A stretch of 64,000 nt of DNA from an uncultured Desulfarculus sp. (GCA_963665125.2 CAXXUK010000001.1:576001-640000), one strand, 5' to 3'; shown: positions 10,109 through 20,600, counted from the first letter of the stretch. Program-made: numbers and translations. The notes: generated by a model from the letters alone, not told the origin.

Positions 10109-11083
10109 TTACTGCGGGCTCTTGATGTACTTCATGTAGTCGCCATCGGTGCTCAGGATCAGTTCCAGCTTTTCGCTGGGCACTTGGCCGTAGCTTTCCA
10201 GGGTCTTGAACATGGCGTAGAACTGCGGGTCCTGGCCAAAGGCCTTGCCGTAGATCTCGGTGGCCTTGGCGTCGGCCTGGCCCCGGATCTCCTGGGCCTT
10301 GCGGTAGGCCTCGGAGCGGATGCCCGCCAGTTCCTTTTTCATGCGGCCCAGGATGGACTGCTTTTCGCCCTCGCCCTCGCTGCGGTACTGGCTGGCGATG
10401 CGCTTGCGTTCGCTGATCATGCGCTCGAAGACCCGCTTCTGCACCGATGACTCATAGTTGATTTTTTTGATGCGCAGGTCGATGACCTCGATGCCGAACT
10501 CGGGCGTCTTTTTCTGGGCTGCCTTGAGCATCTCGGCCAGAATCTCGCCCCGGCCCACCTTCATCACCGGATCGCCGGGCTCCTTGATGGCATCTTGGGC
10601 GTCTTGCCTGGCGGCGCCGAAGTCATATTCTCCGGCCGGATTGGCCATATCTTTCCAATTGGCGCTTCTCACCAGTTCAACCAGCTGGTGCGCCGCGATG
10701 GCGTTGTTGACCACCGAACCGATGATGTCGTCCAGGCGGCTCTGGGCATCATCCATGGTGGCCACTGTCTGTAGATACAGCAGCGGCTCAACGATGTGCC
10801 AGCGGGCCGTGGTGTCCACGAAGATGTATTTTTTATCCGCGGTGTTGATCTGCTTGGGGTCGCCGTCCCATTTCAGAATCCGTTTTTCGATGAGGTTGAC
10901 CTTTTGGATGAACGGCAGCTTGAAATACAGGCCGGCGTCCTTGTAGGGCTTGCCCACGGGCTTGCCGAACTGGGTCAGGATGACTTGCTGGCCCTCGGGA
11001 ACCACGAAGAACGAGGCGTAAGCCACCGCGCCCACCAACACCAGCAGAATAATCAGGGGAACTGCCAATTTCGAGCTGTTCAT
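10109..11083 (-). CDS. hflC: FtsH protease modulator HflC
   Basis: N-terminal TM, SPFH domain, RMISERKRIA, AFGQDPQFY. Confidence 0.93.
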   Translation of the reverse strand: MNSSKLAVPLIILLVLVGAVAYASFFVVPEGQQVILTQFGKPVGKPYKDAGLYFKLPFIQKVNLIEKRILKWDGDPKQINTADKKYIFVDTTARWHIVEPLLYLQTVATMDDAQSRLDDIIGSVVNNAIAAHQLVELVRSANWKDMANPAGEYDFGAARQDAQDAIKEPGDPVMKVGRGEILAEMLKAAQKKTPEFGIEVIDLRIKKINYESSVQKRVFERMISERKRIASQYRSEGEGEKQSILGRMKKELAGIRSEAYRKAQEIRGQADAKATEIYGKAFGQDPQFYAMFKTLESYGQVPSEKLELILSTDGDYMKYIKSPQ

Positions 11084-12117
11084 TTTACCGCCCCCTTTCC
11101 ATTGCCCTGGTCAAGGCTCAAATGGGGCAGGATGCCCTTGACCTTGTCATCGACCACATAGACCTTGGCGGCCTTGGCCACCAGATCCCGCAGGGCGTCG
11201 AGATACATGCGCCGCTTGGTGACTTCCTGGGCCTGGCGGTAGCTGGTCAGCACCGAAATAAACCGCTTGGCCTCGCCGTCGGCCCGGTTGACTATCTCTG
11301 TGGCGTAACCCTCGGCCTCGCTGACAATGCGCTTGGCGTCGCCCTTGGCCTTTGGAATCTCCCGGTTATAGGCTTCCTGGGCCTCGTTGATCATACGTTC
11401 CTTTTGCTGACGGGCCTCGTTGACCTCGTTGAAGGCCGGACGCACCGGGTCTGGCGGGTTGATGTCCTTCATCTGAACGGTGTGAATTCCTATGCCGGTG
11501 TCATATTGATCCAGCAGCGTTTGCAACTCCACCTGCATTTGGTTGCCTATCTCGGTACGCCCCCCGGTCAGCACATCGTCGGCATAACGGTCGCCGACGA
11601 TGTCGCGCATCACCGACTGGGACAGGTCCCATATGGCCTTTTCCGGGTCGCGGATGGCGAACAGATATTTTTTGGGGTCCTTGATGCGGTATTGAACGAT
11701 CCAACTGACGTTGATGACGTTCAGGTCGCCGCTGAGCATCAGCGAAACGTCGCTGAAGTCCTGTTCGGCGTAGCGGGTGCGCACCCCGGCCTTGATGGTT
11801 CGTTGGCCGAATTCCATCTTGTAGATGAATTTGGTCTTGACCTTGGTGACCTGCTCGATACCCAGCGGCAGCTTGAAATTCAGTCCCGGATCGGCCAGGC
11901 GGCTGAATTTGCCGAAACGCTGGACCACGCCGGTTTCTTCGGTGTCGACCTTGTAAACCGATGTCGTGCCCAGCACCACCACGATAATCAAAACCAGGAT
12001 GATCCACAGACCCTTGGGCTTTTTCCCGCCAAAGCGGTTTTTTAGATCCTCTACGACTTTGTTGAAGTCGGGTTCGCTCCCCGTGCCCTTTGGCGGGGGA
12101 GTCCAGTCCATGGGCAT
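11080..12117 (-). CDS. hflK: FtsH protease modulator HflK
   Basis: TM plus SPFH domain, MLSGDLN, PPDPVRPAFNEV, VTKRRMYLD. Overlaps hflC. Confidence 0.93.
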   Translation of the reverse strand: MPMDWTPPPKGTGSEPDFNKVVEDLKNRFGGKKPKGLWIILVLIIVVVLGTTSVYKVDTEETGVVQRFGKFSRLADPGLNFKLPLGIEQVTKVKTKFIYKMEFGQRTIKAGVRTRYAEQDFSDVSLMLSGDLNVINVSWIVQYRIKDPKKYLFAIRDPEKAIWDLSQSVMRDIVGDRYADDVLTGGRTEIGNQMQVELQTLLDQYDTGIGIHTVQMKDINPPDPVRPAFNEVNEARQQKERMINEAQEAYNREIPKAKGDAKRIVSEAEGYATEIVNRADGEAKRFISVLTSYRQAQEVTKRRMYLDALRDLVAKAAKVYVVDDKVKGILPHLSLDQGNGKGAVK

Positions 12118-12197
12118 TGTTTATCCTCTTGTAAAAATTTTCGGTTCCAGTGCTTCATACGCCAAAAGCTTAGCAAGTTACGGGCTCATACACAAGC

Positions 12198-13520
12198 TTA
12201 GGCGGCTTCTGTTTGTGGGCGTCCGTTCCAGGGGGCGAATTTAAACAGCAGCAGCATGCCCGGAATGGCGATCAGGGTGCAGAAGATGAAGAAGCCCGAC
12301 CAGCCCATGTGCTCGGCCATGAAGCCGGTGGGGGCCGAGGCGAAGACCCTGGGCACGCCCATCAGGCTGGAGAGCAGGGCGTATTGGGTGGCCGTGAATT
12401 TCTTGTTGGTCAGGGCGGCCATGAACGCCGCATAGGCCGCCGTGCCCATGCCGCCGGAGAGGTTCTCGAAGGCGATGACCGCGGCAAGGCCGGTAACGCT
12501 GGGGCCTATATGGGCCAGCACGGCGAATCCGGCCGTGCTGATGGCCTGCAAAAAGCCGAAGATCCACAGGGCCCGGTTGATGCCGGTCTTGATCATGATC
12601 ACGCCGCCCAGCAGGGCTCCGGCGATGGTGGCCCAAAAGCCGAAGAGCTTGACCACCGCGCCGATCTGGGTCTTGGTGAAGCCGATATCCAGGTAAAACG
12701 GCGTGGTCATGGTGGAGGCCATGGTGTCGCCGATTTTGTACAAAAGGATGAAGGCCAGGACTCCCAGGCCCCAGCGAACGCCCGAGCGGCTGAAGTATTC
12801 CACGAAGGGCTCCACCAAGGCTTCGCGCATGGTCCGTGGGGCGCCGGAGCTGGCGTCGGGCTCGGGCGTGAATAGGGTGGTTATGACGCCGGCAGCCATG
12901 CAGGCCGCCATGATCAGATAGACTTCTCGGAAGCTCATGTGGTCGGCCATGATCAGGCCGCCGCCGCTGGCCAGGAGCATGCCCACCCTATAGCCGTTGA
13001 TGTACAGCGATGAACCCAGACCCAGTTCGTTGTCGGCCAGGTCTTCCCGCCGGTAGGCGTCTATGGTGATGTCCTGGCTGGCGCTGAAGAACGTCACGAA
13101 CAGGGCGGCCAGGGCGACCATGGCCGGGTTGTGGGCCGGGTTGGTGAAGGCCAGCCAGATTATGGCAAGAATCAACAGGCCCTGGGCCCAGAGCATCCAG
13201 CCCCGGCGGCGGCCCAAGATGCCCAGCGTAAGGCGTAGGGGCAAGTTAAGGGCGCGTTTCCAGAGAGGATAGGGCTGGCCGGGCTGAGGTTCCAGCCAGG
13301 GAAAGCTGTTGCGGTCTAAAAGGGGAGCCCAGACGAACTTGAGGGTGTAGGGCAGGCCCACCAGGGCCATCAGCCCGATGGTGGCCAGGTCGACCCCTGC
13401 CTGCTTCATCCAGGCTTGCAGGAGGCTGATTGTGAGTAAAAGCGGCAGGCCCGAGGAAAAGCCCATGACAAAAGCCACCAGCATGCGGCGGCTGACGATG
13501 GTCCGAAGTAATGAGCTCAT
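12198..13520 (-). CDS. ampG: AmpG family muropeptide MFS transporter
   Basis: GFSSGLP, KFVWAPLLD, GRRRGW, SASQDITIDAY, ATQYALLSS. Confidence 0.9.
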   Translation of the reverse strand: MSSLLRTIVSRRMLVAFVMGFSSGLPLLLTISLLQAWMKQAGVDLATIGLMALVGLPYTLKFVWAPLLDRNSFPWLEPQPGQPYPLWKRALNLPLRLTLGILGRRRGWMLWAQGLLILAIIWLAFTNPAHNPAMVALAALFVTFFSASQDITIDAYRREDLADNELGLGSSLYINGYRVGMLLASGGGLIMADHMSFREVYLIMAACMAAGVITTLFTPEPDASSGAPRTMREALVEPFVEYFSRSGVRWGLGVLAFILLYKIGDTMASTMTTPFYLDIGFTKTQIGAVVKLFGFWATIAGALLGGVIMIKTGINRALWIFGFLQAISTAGFAVLAHIGPSVTGLAAVIAFENLSGGMGTAAYAAFMAALTNKKFTATQYALLSSLMGVPRVFASAPTGFMAEHMGWSGFFIFCTLIAIPGMLLLFKFAPWNGRPQTEAA

Positions 13521-13548
13521 CCCCGGCCCGGCCCTCCTTGATTCGCGA

Positions 13549-14016
13549 TCAACCTACGCTGACGATTTCGACGATGCGCTGGCCGCCCGGCGTGATTACC
13601 TTGACTTCGTCGCCTTCTTCCTTGCCTATGAGGGCCTGGCCCACCGGCGAGGTCATGGATATGCGGCCGGCGCTGGCGTCGCTTTCAGCCGGTCCGACTA
13701 TCTGATAGCTGAACTCATCATCGCTATCCGGGTCGTACAGGGTCACCGTGCAGCCGAAGACCACCCTGCCGTTGGGGCTCGGCAGCGGGTCAATGACTTC
13801 GGACATTGCAAGTTCCATTTTTATCTCAGCTATTTTGGCCGAGATAATGGCGTTGCGTTCCTTGGCCGCATGGTATTCGGCGTTTTCGGAGAGATCGCCG
13901 TGTGCCCTGGCTTCTTCGATGGCCGTAACCGAAGCCGGAAGCTCCACCTTGCGCAATTGACTCAACTCTTCCTGGAGTCTGTTCCGCCCCACGGCGGTCA
14001 GCAGCCTTCTGTCCAC
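13549..14016 (-). CDS. greA: Transcription elongation factor GreA
   Basis: ARAHGDLSENAEYHAAKE, SPVGQALIGK. GTG start at 14016 after an AAGGAG RBS. Confidence 0.96.
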   Translation of the reverse strand: MDRRLLTAVGRNRLQEELSQLRKVELPASVTAIEEARAHGDLSENAEYHAAKERNAIISAKIAEIKMELAMSEVIDPLPSPNGRVVFGCTVTLYDPDSDDEFSYQIVGPAESDASAGRISMTSPVGQALIGKEEGDEVKVITPGGQRIVEIVSVG

Positions 14017-14114
14017 GAATGGCTCCTTGCGAAAAATCAGGATAGTACAATAGCAAAGCCGCCCCCGGGGCGAACGGCCCGGAGGCGAATACTCAATCCT
14101 AAAACATGGAACGA

Positions 14115-14143
14115 AGTATAACAGCTTTCGGCCCGGCGCACAA
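14115..14143 (-). promoter_or_regulatory. Putative sigma70 promoter for greA
   Basis: Minus strand TTGTGC-N17-TATACT. Confidence 0.4.
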
Positions 14144-14260
14144 ATTATCATATAAATATACGAGCTTGTTCTGTTGTAGCATTGCATGGCCGGTGCTATA
14201 CTTTGCCCCCGACATAGAGCCAAAGGCCGACAGCGTCTTTGGACGATGTTTTAGTGCGTC

Positions 14261-14289
14261 TTGACAACGGCGTCGCTTTTGTGTAGTGA
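14261..14289 (+). promoter_or_regulatory. Putative sigma70 promoter for yceD-rpmF-plsX
   Basis: TTGACA-N17-TAGTGA, with TG just upstream of the -10. Confidence 0.45.
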
Positions 14290-14313
14290 ACACAATCTGG
14301 AGCCAGGCTGCCG

Positions 14314-14835
14314 ATGAAGGTCCGTTTGGAAGACATACCCGAAGAGGGCCTTGATGTCGCGTTTGAAATAAAATCGGCGGCGGCTCAAGACCTCGGCGAC
14401 GTGGTCGAAGAGATCATTGAGGCTCCCAGGGCATCGCTGTATTTGAATAAAACCGGCGATATCGTGTTGGCCAGGGGCAGGGCTTCGGCCCGTCTGCGCA
14501 TGGATTGCAGCCGCTGCCTCCAAAGCTTTGACATGAGCATCGACCAGGACATGGACCTCGTGTTCCAGCCCGCGGTCGAACACGACGACGAGATAGCCCT
14601 GGCTTCCGCAGACATGGAAGTCAGTTTTTATGAAGGTGACGAAGTGGACCTGGGGCAGGCGGTTTTGGATGAAATCGGCCTGGCCATACCCATGGCTCCG
14701 CTATGCAGGCCGGAATGCGACGGCATATGCCCGCATTGCGGCAAGGATTTGCGCCAGGGCCCGTGTCAGTGCGGCGCCAAGGAGCTTGACCCCCGCTGGG
14801 TCAGGCTGGCCGAATTGAAAAAACAAATTGACTAA
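14314..14835 (+). CDS. yceD: YceD/DUF177 metal-binding protein
   Basis: CSRCL and LCRPECDGICPHCG, DPRW. Upstream of rpmF. Confidence 0.92.
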   Translation: MKVRLEDIPEEGLDVAFEIKSAAAQDLGDVVEEIIEAPRASLYLNKTGDIVLARGRASARLRMDCSRCLQSFDMSIDQDMDLVFQPAVEHDDEIALASADMEVSFYEGDEVDLGQAVLDEIGLAIPMAPLCRPECDGICPHCGKDLRQGPCQCGAKELDPRWVRLAELKKQID

Positions 14836-14875
14836 AACCGCGGCCTGACACCGCGGCCTCAATGGAGTTGATAAA

Positions 14876-15055
14876 ATGGCCGTTCCCAAAAGACGACAGT
14901 CCACCACCCGACGGGATAAACGACGCTCGCACGATGCCATCACTCTGCCCAACCCCACGCCGTGCCCCCAGTGCGGCGAGCCGAAGATGCCCCATCGCGT
15001 GTGCCCTTCCTGCGGCACCTATAAGGGACGCCAGGTAGTCGAGCCCAAAGAGTAA
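14876..15055 (+). CDS. rpmF: 50S ribosomal protein L32 (Zn-ribbon type; absent from ORF track)
   Basis: Manual translation [19 protein letters not shown]...[25 protein letters not shown] (59 aa). Confidence 0.97.
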   Translation: MAVPKRRQSTTRRDKRRSHDAITLPNPTPCPQCGEPKMPHRVCPSCGTYKGRQVVEPKE

Positions 15056-15074
15056 CCAGGCCTAGGTTATTCTA

Positions 15075-16103
15075 ATGCGCATCGCCCTTGACGGCATGGG
15101 TGGCGATGGGGCCCCTGGCTCCATCGTCGAAGGGGCTATTTTAGGGCTGAAAAAGTCCAAAAAAGCCTACGAAGTGGTTTTGGTGGGCCAGACCGAGGTG
15201 CTTGAGCAGGAACTCGAGCGCCTCGGCGGTGCGCCGGAAGGCCTTCATCTGCATCACGCCTCCCAGGTGGTGGGCATGGCCGATGCTCCCGCCGCAGCTC
15301 TGCGCCGCCTGCGTGACGCATCCATCCGCGTTTGTTTCGACCTGCTCAAAGAGGGCGATGTCGACGCGGTGGTCAGCGCCGGCAACAGCGGCGCGACCAT
15401 GGCCACGGGCGCGGTGGTCATGGGCCGTTTGCCCGAGGTGGACCGACCGGCTCTGGCTTCCGTTTTGCCGGGGCCTTACGGCCCGGTGGTGCTGGTGGAC
15501 GTCGGCGCCAACGTCGATTGCAGTCCGCTGGTGCTTTTGCAGTTCGGATACATGGGCTCGGCCTTTGCCCAGCGCGTGCTGGAGGTCGAAAATCCAAAGG
15601 TCGGCCTGATGTCCATCGGCGAGGAAGGCGGCAAGGGCAACCAGGTCGTCAAGCGGGCATATGAAGAATTCATGGACAGCGGCCTCAACTTCGTCGGCAA
15701 CGTCGAAGGCCGTGATATCTTTTCCGACACCGCCCAGGTCATTGTCTGCGACGGGTTTGTCGGCAATGTTTGCCTGAAACTCAGCGAGTCCCTCATCGAA
15801 ATGGCCGTTGGCGTGTTCATGGAACTGCTTTCCAGCAGCGCCCTGGGAAAAACGGCCAGCCTGCTTTTAAAGTCCCAACTCAAAAAAATGATCGCGCGCT
15901 TCGACCATGCCAATTATGGCGGTGCCCCGTTGCTGGGCATAAATGGCGTGGCGTTTATTTGTCACGGCGCGTCCTCACCCAAAGCAATCTCCGCGGCCTT
16001 GCGCCAGGCGACCGAAGCGGTTAACGGTCGTTTGACACACCATTTAGCCGAAGGACTACAACAATTCCGTGGAACCTTGCTAGGCGAGGGCGACCAGGGT
16101 TAG
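15075..16103 (+). CDS. plsX: Phosphate acyltransferase PlsX
   Basis: IALDGMGGD, SAGNSGA, DVGAN, GNVEGRD, DGFVGN, YGGAPLLG. Confidence 0.97.
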   Translation: MRIALDGMGGDGAPGSIVEGAILGLKKSKKAYEVVLVGQTEVLEQELERLGGAPEGLHLHHASQVVGMADAPAAALRRLRDASIRVCFDLLKEGDVDAVVSAGNSGATMATGAVVMGRLPEVDRPALASVLPGPYGPVVLVDVGANVDCSPLVLLQFGYMGSAFAQRVLEVENPKVGLMSIGEEGGKGNQVVKRAYEEFMDSGLNFVGNVEGRDIFSDTAQVIVCDGFVGNVCLKLSESLIEMAVGVFMELLSSSALGKTASLLLKSQLKKMIARFDHANYGGAPLLGINGVAFICHGASSPKAISAALRQATEAVNGRLTHHLAEGLQQFRGTLLGEGDQG

Positions 16104-16106
16104 AAT

Positions 16107-16137
16107 GGCCCGCGTCCGGATGTGGGCTGTTTTTTTT
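16107..16137 (+). terminator. Weak (G-U-rich) intrinsic terminator after plsX
   Basis: GGCCCGCGT-ccgg-ATGTGGGCT followed by G and T8. Confidence 0.55.
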
Positions 16138-16161
16138 GGTTAACTCCAGTTGGATAGGTCT

Positions 16162-17319
16162 ATGGACTATTTCCTTAGTGAAGAGCAGGAGATGATTAGA
16201 GACCTGTGCCGGCAGATCGCCGAGGAGCGAATCAAGCCGGTGCGGGCGGAACTTGATGAAAAAGAAGAGTTCCCCACAGAGATTATCAAGGCCTTGGCCC
16301 AAGCCGATTTGCTGGGCCTTGTGATTCCCGAGGAATACGGCGGATTGGGTGGCGGTTGCCTGGAAAACTGCATCGCCGTTGAAGAACTTTCCAGGGCCTG
16401 CGTTGGCGTATCCACCAGTTACGCCGCGACCTTCCTCGGTGCCTTTCCCATTATCCTTTACGGCTCCAAAGCCCAAAAGGAGCACTACCTGAGCCAGATC
16501 GCCACCGGCGAAAAGCTATGCGCCTTTGCCCTGACCGAGTCGGCGGCCGGCTCGGACGCCTCGGCCATTACAACCGAGGCCCGCAAGGAAGGCGACTATT
16601 ACGTGCTCAACGGTTCCAAACAGTGGATCACCAACGGAGGTCACGCCGGGATCTACACCGTCATCGCCATCACAGACCGCAGCAAGGGCCCCCGGGGCGC
16701 CAGCGCCTTTATCGTTGAAGAGGGCGACGAAGGCTTCAGCGTCGGCAAAAAGGAAACCAAGCTGGGCATCAGGGCCAGCGCCACGGCCGAGTTGATCTTC
16801 AACGACTGCCGCATCCCTGCCGACCGGCTGATCAGCCGTGAGGGCATGGGTTTTGTGGTGGCCATGCGCACCTTTGACCTGTCGCGCCCCGGCGTGGGAG
16901 CCCAGGGCGTGGGCGTGGCCCAGGGGGCCCTGGACGAAGCAGCCGCCTTTGCCCGCACGCGCAAGCAGTTCGGCAAACCCATCATCACCTTCCAGGCCGT
17001 GGCCCACATGCTGGCCGATATGGCCACCAAGGTCGAAGCGGCTCGTGCCCTGACCTACAGCGTGGCCCGCTATATCGACAGCGGGGCCAAGGACATCAGT
17101 AAGGTCAGCGCCATGGCCAAGGTGATGCCCACCGATATGGCCATGCAGGTGACCACCGACGCGGTGCAGGTTATGGGTGGTCACGGCTATATGCGCGAAT
17201 ATCCGGTTGAAAAAATGATGCGTGACGCCAAGATCCTCCAGATCTACGAAGGCACGAACCAGATTCAGCGCAATGTCATCGGCCAGGAACTGAACAAGGA
17301 GTACGGTCGACGCAAGTAA
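16162..17319 (+). CDS. Acyl-CoA dehydrogenase (Bcd/short-chain type)
   Basis: FALTESAAGSDA, LNGSKQWITNG, RKQFGKPI, GGHGY, IYEGTNQIQR (catalytic Glu). Confidence 0.95.
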   Translation: MDYFLSEEQEMIRDLCRQIAEERIKPVRAELDEKEEFPTEIIKALAQADLLGLVIPEEYGGLGGGCLENCIAVEELSRACVGVSTSYAATFLGAFPIILYGSKAQKEHYLSQIATGEKLCAFALTESAAGSDASAITTEARKEGDYYVLNGSKQWITNGGHAGIYTVIAITDRSKGPRGASAFIVEEGDEGFSVGKKETKLGIRASATAELIFNDCRIPADRLISREGMGFVVAMRTFDLSRPGVGAQGVGVAQGALDEAAAFARTRKQFGKPIITFQAVAHMLADMATKVEAARALTYSVARYIDSGAKDISKVSAMAKVMPTDMAMQVTTDAVQVMGGHGYMREYPVEKMMRDAKILQIYEGTNQIQRNVIGQELNKEYGRRK

Positions 17320-17379
17320 TCGGCCACCGCATTAAAGTTATTGCTTTAACTTGACGGTGGTTGGCCAGAGGTGCGCCCA

Positions 17380-18177
17380 ATGAAAATAATTGTATGCATA
17401 AAACAAGTCCCGGATACGGCCAGCGTTAAGCTGGACCCCGAGACCCACACCCTCAAGCGCGAGGGTGTTGATAGTATAATCAACCCCTTTGATTTGTTCG
17501 CCCTGGAGGCCGCCCTGCGGCTGCGCGAGGAACACGGCGGCGCCATCGATGTGCTGAGCATGGGCCCGCCCCAGGCCGCCGAAGTTATCAAGGAGGCCAT
17601 CGGCTACGGCGTGAACGAGGGTTTGCTTTTAAGTGACCGGGCCTTTGCCGGGGCCGACACCTGGGCCACCACCGCCGCCTTGGCCGCGGGAGTGGATCAC
17701 CTGGGCGGGGCGGACGTGATCATCTGCGGCAAGCAGGCCATAGACGGCGACACCGCCCAGGTGGGGCCGGGCTTGGCCCAGCGCCTGGGCATCCCCCATA
17801 TCGCATTTGTGCGGGCCATCAACGAAGTGACCGGCAGCGACATGACCGTGGAACGGCAGATGGACGACGGTTACGACGTGGTCAAGGCCACGCTGCCGGT
17901 GCTGTTGACGGTCGTTCGGCAGATAGGCCAACCCCGGCCGCCTTCCCTGAAGGGCAAGATGAGGGCCAAAAAATACGAGGTGCCCGTTGCCGACGCCGCG
18001 GCTCTGGGCCTGGACCCGGCGGACATCGGCCTGGCCGGCAGCTACACCCAGGTCGTCAAGGTCTTCGCGCCGGAGATGGGCGGGGAACGCCGCATGTTCG
18101 AAGGCCCGGCGGCCCAGATCGGGGCCGAGGCCATCGACGCGTTGGTCGACACCCACGTAATCCGGTTGGGGGAGTGA
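17380..18177 (+). CDS. etfB: Electron transfer flavoprotein beta subunit (bifurcating-type motifs)
   Basis: KQVPD, NPFD, MGPP, DRAFAGADT, GKQAIDGDTAQVGP. Confidence 0.95.
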   Translation: MKIIVCIKQVPDTASVKLDPETHTLKREGVDSIINPFDLFALEAALRLREEHGGAIDVLSMGPPQAAEVIKEAIGYGVNEGLLLSDRAFAGADTWATTAALAAGVDHLGGADVIICGKQAIDGDTAQVGPGLAQRLGIPHIAFVRAINEVTGSDMTVERQMDDGYDVVKATLPVLLTVVRQIGQPRPPSLKGKMRAKKYEVPVADAAALGLDPADIGLAGSYTQVVKVFAPEMGGERRMFEGPAAQIGAEAIDALVDTHVIRLGE

Positions 18178-18180
18178 GCC

Positions 18181-19368
18181 ATGGCCCTGCTGATAAATAA
18201 AGAGCTTTGCACCGGCTGCGGTTCCTGCGCCGACGCCTGCCCCTTCGAGGCTATCGATGTTGTCGACGATATCGCGGTCGTTGGCGATGGCTGCACCCTG
18301 TGCGGCAGTTGCGTGGATGTTTGCCCTGAAGAGGCCATCACCCTGGAGGAGATCGAGCGCAAGGCCGACGGCCGGGCCGCCGAGGCCAAGGGCGTTTGGG
18401 TCTATGCCGAGAAGCGCGGCGGCCAGATGCCCGAGGTGGTGGCCGAACTGCTGGGCCAGGGTCGCCGGCTGGCCGATGAGCTGGGCGCCGAACTCAGCGC
18501 TGTTTTGCTGGGCTCGGGCGTTGAAGGCCTGGCCGCCGAATTGTTTGCCCAGGGCGCTGACTGCGTGTACCTGGCCGATGATCCCGGTCTGGAGTTTTTC
18601 AACGACGACGCCTATGCGGGCGTTCTGGCCGGGTTGATCGCCGAGCACAAACCGGAGGTTCTACTGGCCGGGGCCACGGCGGTTGGCCGTTCCATGATAC
18701 CCCGCCTGGCAACGGCCGTGCGCACCGGTTTGACCGCCGACTGCACCAACCTGGCCATCGACTCGGAGACCAAGCTCCTGTTGCAGACCCGACCGGCCTT
18801 CGGCGGCAACATCATGGCCACGATCACCTGCGCCCGGGCCCGGCCCCAGATGGCCACGGTGCGGCCCAGGGTGATGAAGGCCCTGGAACCCCAGCCCGGC
18901 AGACAGGGCCGCCTGGTCAAGGTGGACGTCAAACCGGCCGGTTCCACCGAGGTGCTAAAGGTAGTCCAGGAGATCGAGGATCAGGTCAACCTGACCGGCG
19001 CGGAGGTAGTGGTTTGCGGCGGCCGAGGGGTGGGTGGCCCCGAAGGGTTCGAGCTTGTGCGTGAACTGGCCAGGGAACTGGGCGGCGTCGTTGGCGCCAC
19101 CCGGGGCGCGGTGGACAGCGAATGGATCGGCCACGCCCATCAGGTGGGCCAGACCGGCCGGACCATCGCCCCAAGACTGTATATCGGTTTGGGCGTGGCC
19201 GGGGCTGTCCAGCATCTGGTGGGTATGCAGTCGTCGGACACCATAGTTGCCGTTAATAAAGATCCCGGCGCGCCGATTTTCCAAGCCGCCCACTATGGTA
19301 TAGTGGGAGATCTTTTCGACGTCGTGCCGGCGATGATTGAGCGTTTGCGTCAGCGGCGCTCGGGATGA
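18181..19368 (+). CDS. etfA: Electron transfer flavoprotein alpha subunit with N-terminal 2x[4Fe-4S] ferredoxin domain
   Basis: CTGCGSCADACP and CTLCGSCVDVCP, then TGLTADCT, RPAFGGN, QVGQTG, GAVQHLVGM. Confidence 0.95.
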   Translation: MALLINKELCTGCGSCADACPFEAIDVVDDIAVVGDGCTLCGSCVDVCPEEAITLEEIERKADGRAAEAKGVWVYAEKRGGQMPEVVAELLGQGRRLADELGAELSAVLLGSGVEGLAAELFAQGADCVYLADDPGLEFFNDDAYAGVLAGLIAEHKPEVLLAGATAVGRSMIPRLATAVRTGLTADCTNLAIDSETKLLLQTRPAFGGNIMATITCARARPQMATVRPRVMKALEPQPGRQGRLVKVDVKPAGSTEVLKVVQEIEDQVNLTGAEVVVCGGRGVGGPEGFELVRELARELGGVVGATRGAVDSEWIGHAHQVGQTGRTIAPRLYIGLGVAGAVQHLVGMQSSDTIVAVNKDPGAPIFQAAHYGIVGDLFDVVPAMIERLRQRRSG

Positions 19369-19474
19369 GTGGCGTTTGCCGAGTGGGTTTACTAACTGCT
19401 TTTGCACTAATCTGCCGGATTGGCGGATGCGTAAATAGTGTTGACAATCCGCGCAGTATGTGAAAGGTGAAAGC

Positions 19475-20221
19475 ATGGCTGAGGAGAAGAAAGTTTCGTT
19501 GGTTACAGGTGGTTCGCGCAATATAGGCCGGGCCATTTGCCTTGCTCTGGGTGAACCGGGTGATGTGGTTGTATTCAACCATTACGACCCGGATGACGAG
19601 GCGGCCGACGAAACCCGGAAACTATTGGAGGGAAAAGGCGTTACAGCCGAATACCGGAAGTTTGACGTGGGTGACCCGGAGGCTGTGAAAGGCTTTTTCG
19701 AATATGTGGTCGAGAAATACGGGCGTCTGGACAATCTGATCAACAATGCCGGGATTATCCGCGACGGCCTGCTTATGCGTATGAGCTTTGACCAATGGGA
19801 TCAGGTGATCCGGGTCAATCTGACCGGCACCTTCCTGTGCATGCAGGCGGCGTCAAAGATCATGAGTAAGCAACGTAGCGGGTCCATCGTCAATATCGCC
19901 AGTATCGTTGGTCAGACCGGCAACCTAGGCCAGGTCAATTATACCGCCACAAAGGCGGGCGTGATGGCCATGGCCAAGACCGCGGCCAAGGAATTGGCCC
20001 GTAGAAATGTCAGAGTGAACGCCGTGGCCCCGGGTTTCATCAAGACGGATATGACAGCCACTCTGCCCGAAAAGGTCGTGCAGATGATGCTGTCGGCCAT
20101 ACCCGCGGGATCCTACGGCATGCCCGAAGATATCGCCGATACGGTAGCCTTTTTGTGCTCGGATAAGGCAAAATACATCACCGGCCAGGTGATACACGTC
20201 AACGGCGGAATGTACTGTTAA
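19475..20221 (+). CDS. fabG: 3-oxoacyl-ACP reductase
   Basis: SDR fold TGGSRNIG, NNAG, YTATK, PGFIKTDM. Directly upstream of acpP. Confidence 0.92.
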   Translation: MAEEKKVSLVTGGSRNIGRAICLALGEPGDVVVFNHYDPDDEAADETRKLLEGKGVTAEYRKFDVGDPEAVKGFFEYVVEKYGRLDNLINNAGIIRDGLLMRMSFDQWDQVIRVNLTGTFLCMQAASKIMSKQRSGSIVNIASIVGQTGNLGQVNYTATKAGVMAMAKTAAKELARRNVRVNAVAPGFIKTDMTATLPEKVVQMMLSAIPAGSYGMPEDIADTVAFLCSDKAKYITGQVIHVNGGMYC

Positions 20222-20308
20222 TTGAAATCTGGCGTCAAAGAGGCGCTATTTCCGGCCGCGAGGCCGCACGGCTTGTGGTGAGCCTGAATTTTTAGGAGTG
20301 AGACGGCT

Positions 20309-20545
20309 ATGGAAGATATCAAGAAAAAGGTAATCCAGATTATTTGCGAGCAGCTTTCGGTCAGCGAAGAGGACGTCGTACCCGAGGCCTCCTTTGTGGA
20401 CGACCTGGGCGCCGACTCCCTGGATCTGGTTGAGATGATTATGGCCATGGAAGAAGCTTTCGATATTTCCATTGCCGATGAAGATGCTGAAAAAATCAAG
20501 ACCGTCCAGGACGCATTCAGTTATATTGACAAGGCCGCCAAGTAG
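20309..20545 (+). CDS. acpP: Acyl carrier protein
   Basis: [11 protein letters not shown] phosphopantetheine site; acidic 78 aa protein. Confidence 0.98.
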   Translation: MEDIKKKVIQIICEQLSVSEEDVVPEASFVDDLGADSLDLVEMIMAMEEAFDISIADEDAEKIKTVQDAFSYIDKAAK

Positions 20546-20565
20546 ATATTTGAACTGGCCACCTG

Positions 20566-20600
20566 CGCCGGAAAGAGGCACCGGGTGCCTCTTTCCGGCG
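20566..20600 (+). other. 16-bp perfect hairpin between acpP and fabF (probable mRNA-stabilising stem)
   Basis: CGCCGGAAAGAGGCAC-cgg-GTGCCTCTTTCCGGCG, with no U tract. Confidence 0.6.

Noticed and set aside
9890..14223. N-terminal extensions of rplU and greA in the ORF track
   Set aside because: Better RBS-linked starts exist at 9889 and 14016, and the extensions overlap promoter sequence.
19441..19474. TTGACA upstream of fabG as an internal promoter
   Set aside because: No acceptable -10 hexamer at 16-18 nt spacing, so it is not called. An internal promoter elsewhere in the 106-nt gap is not excluded.
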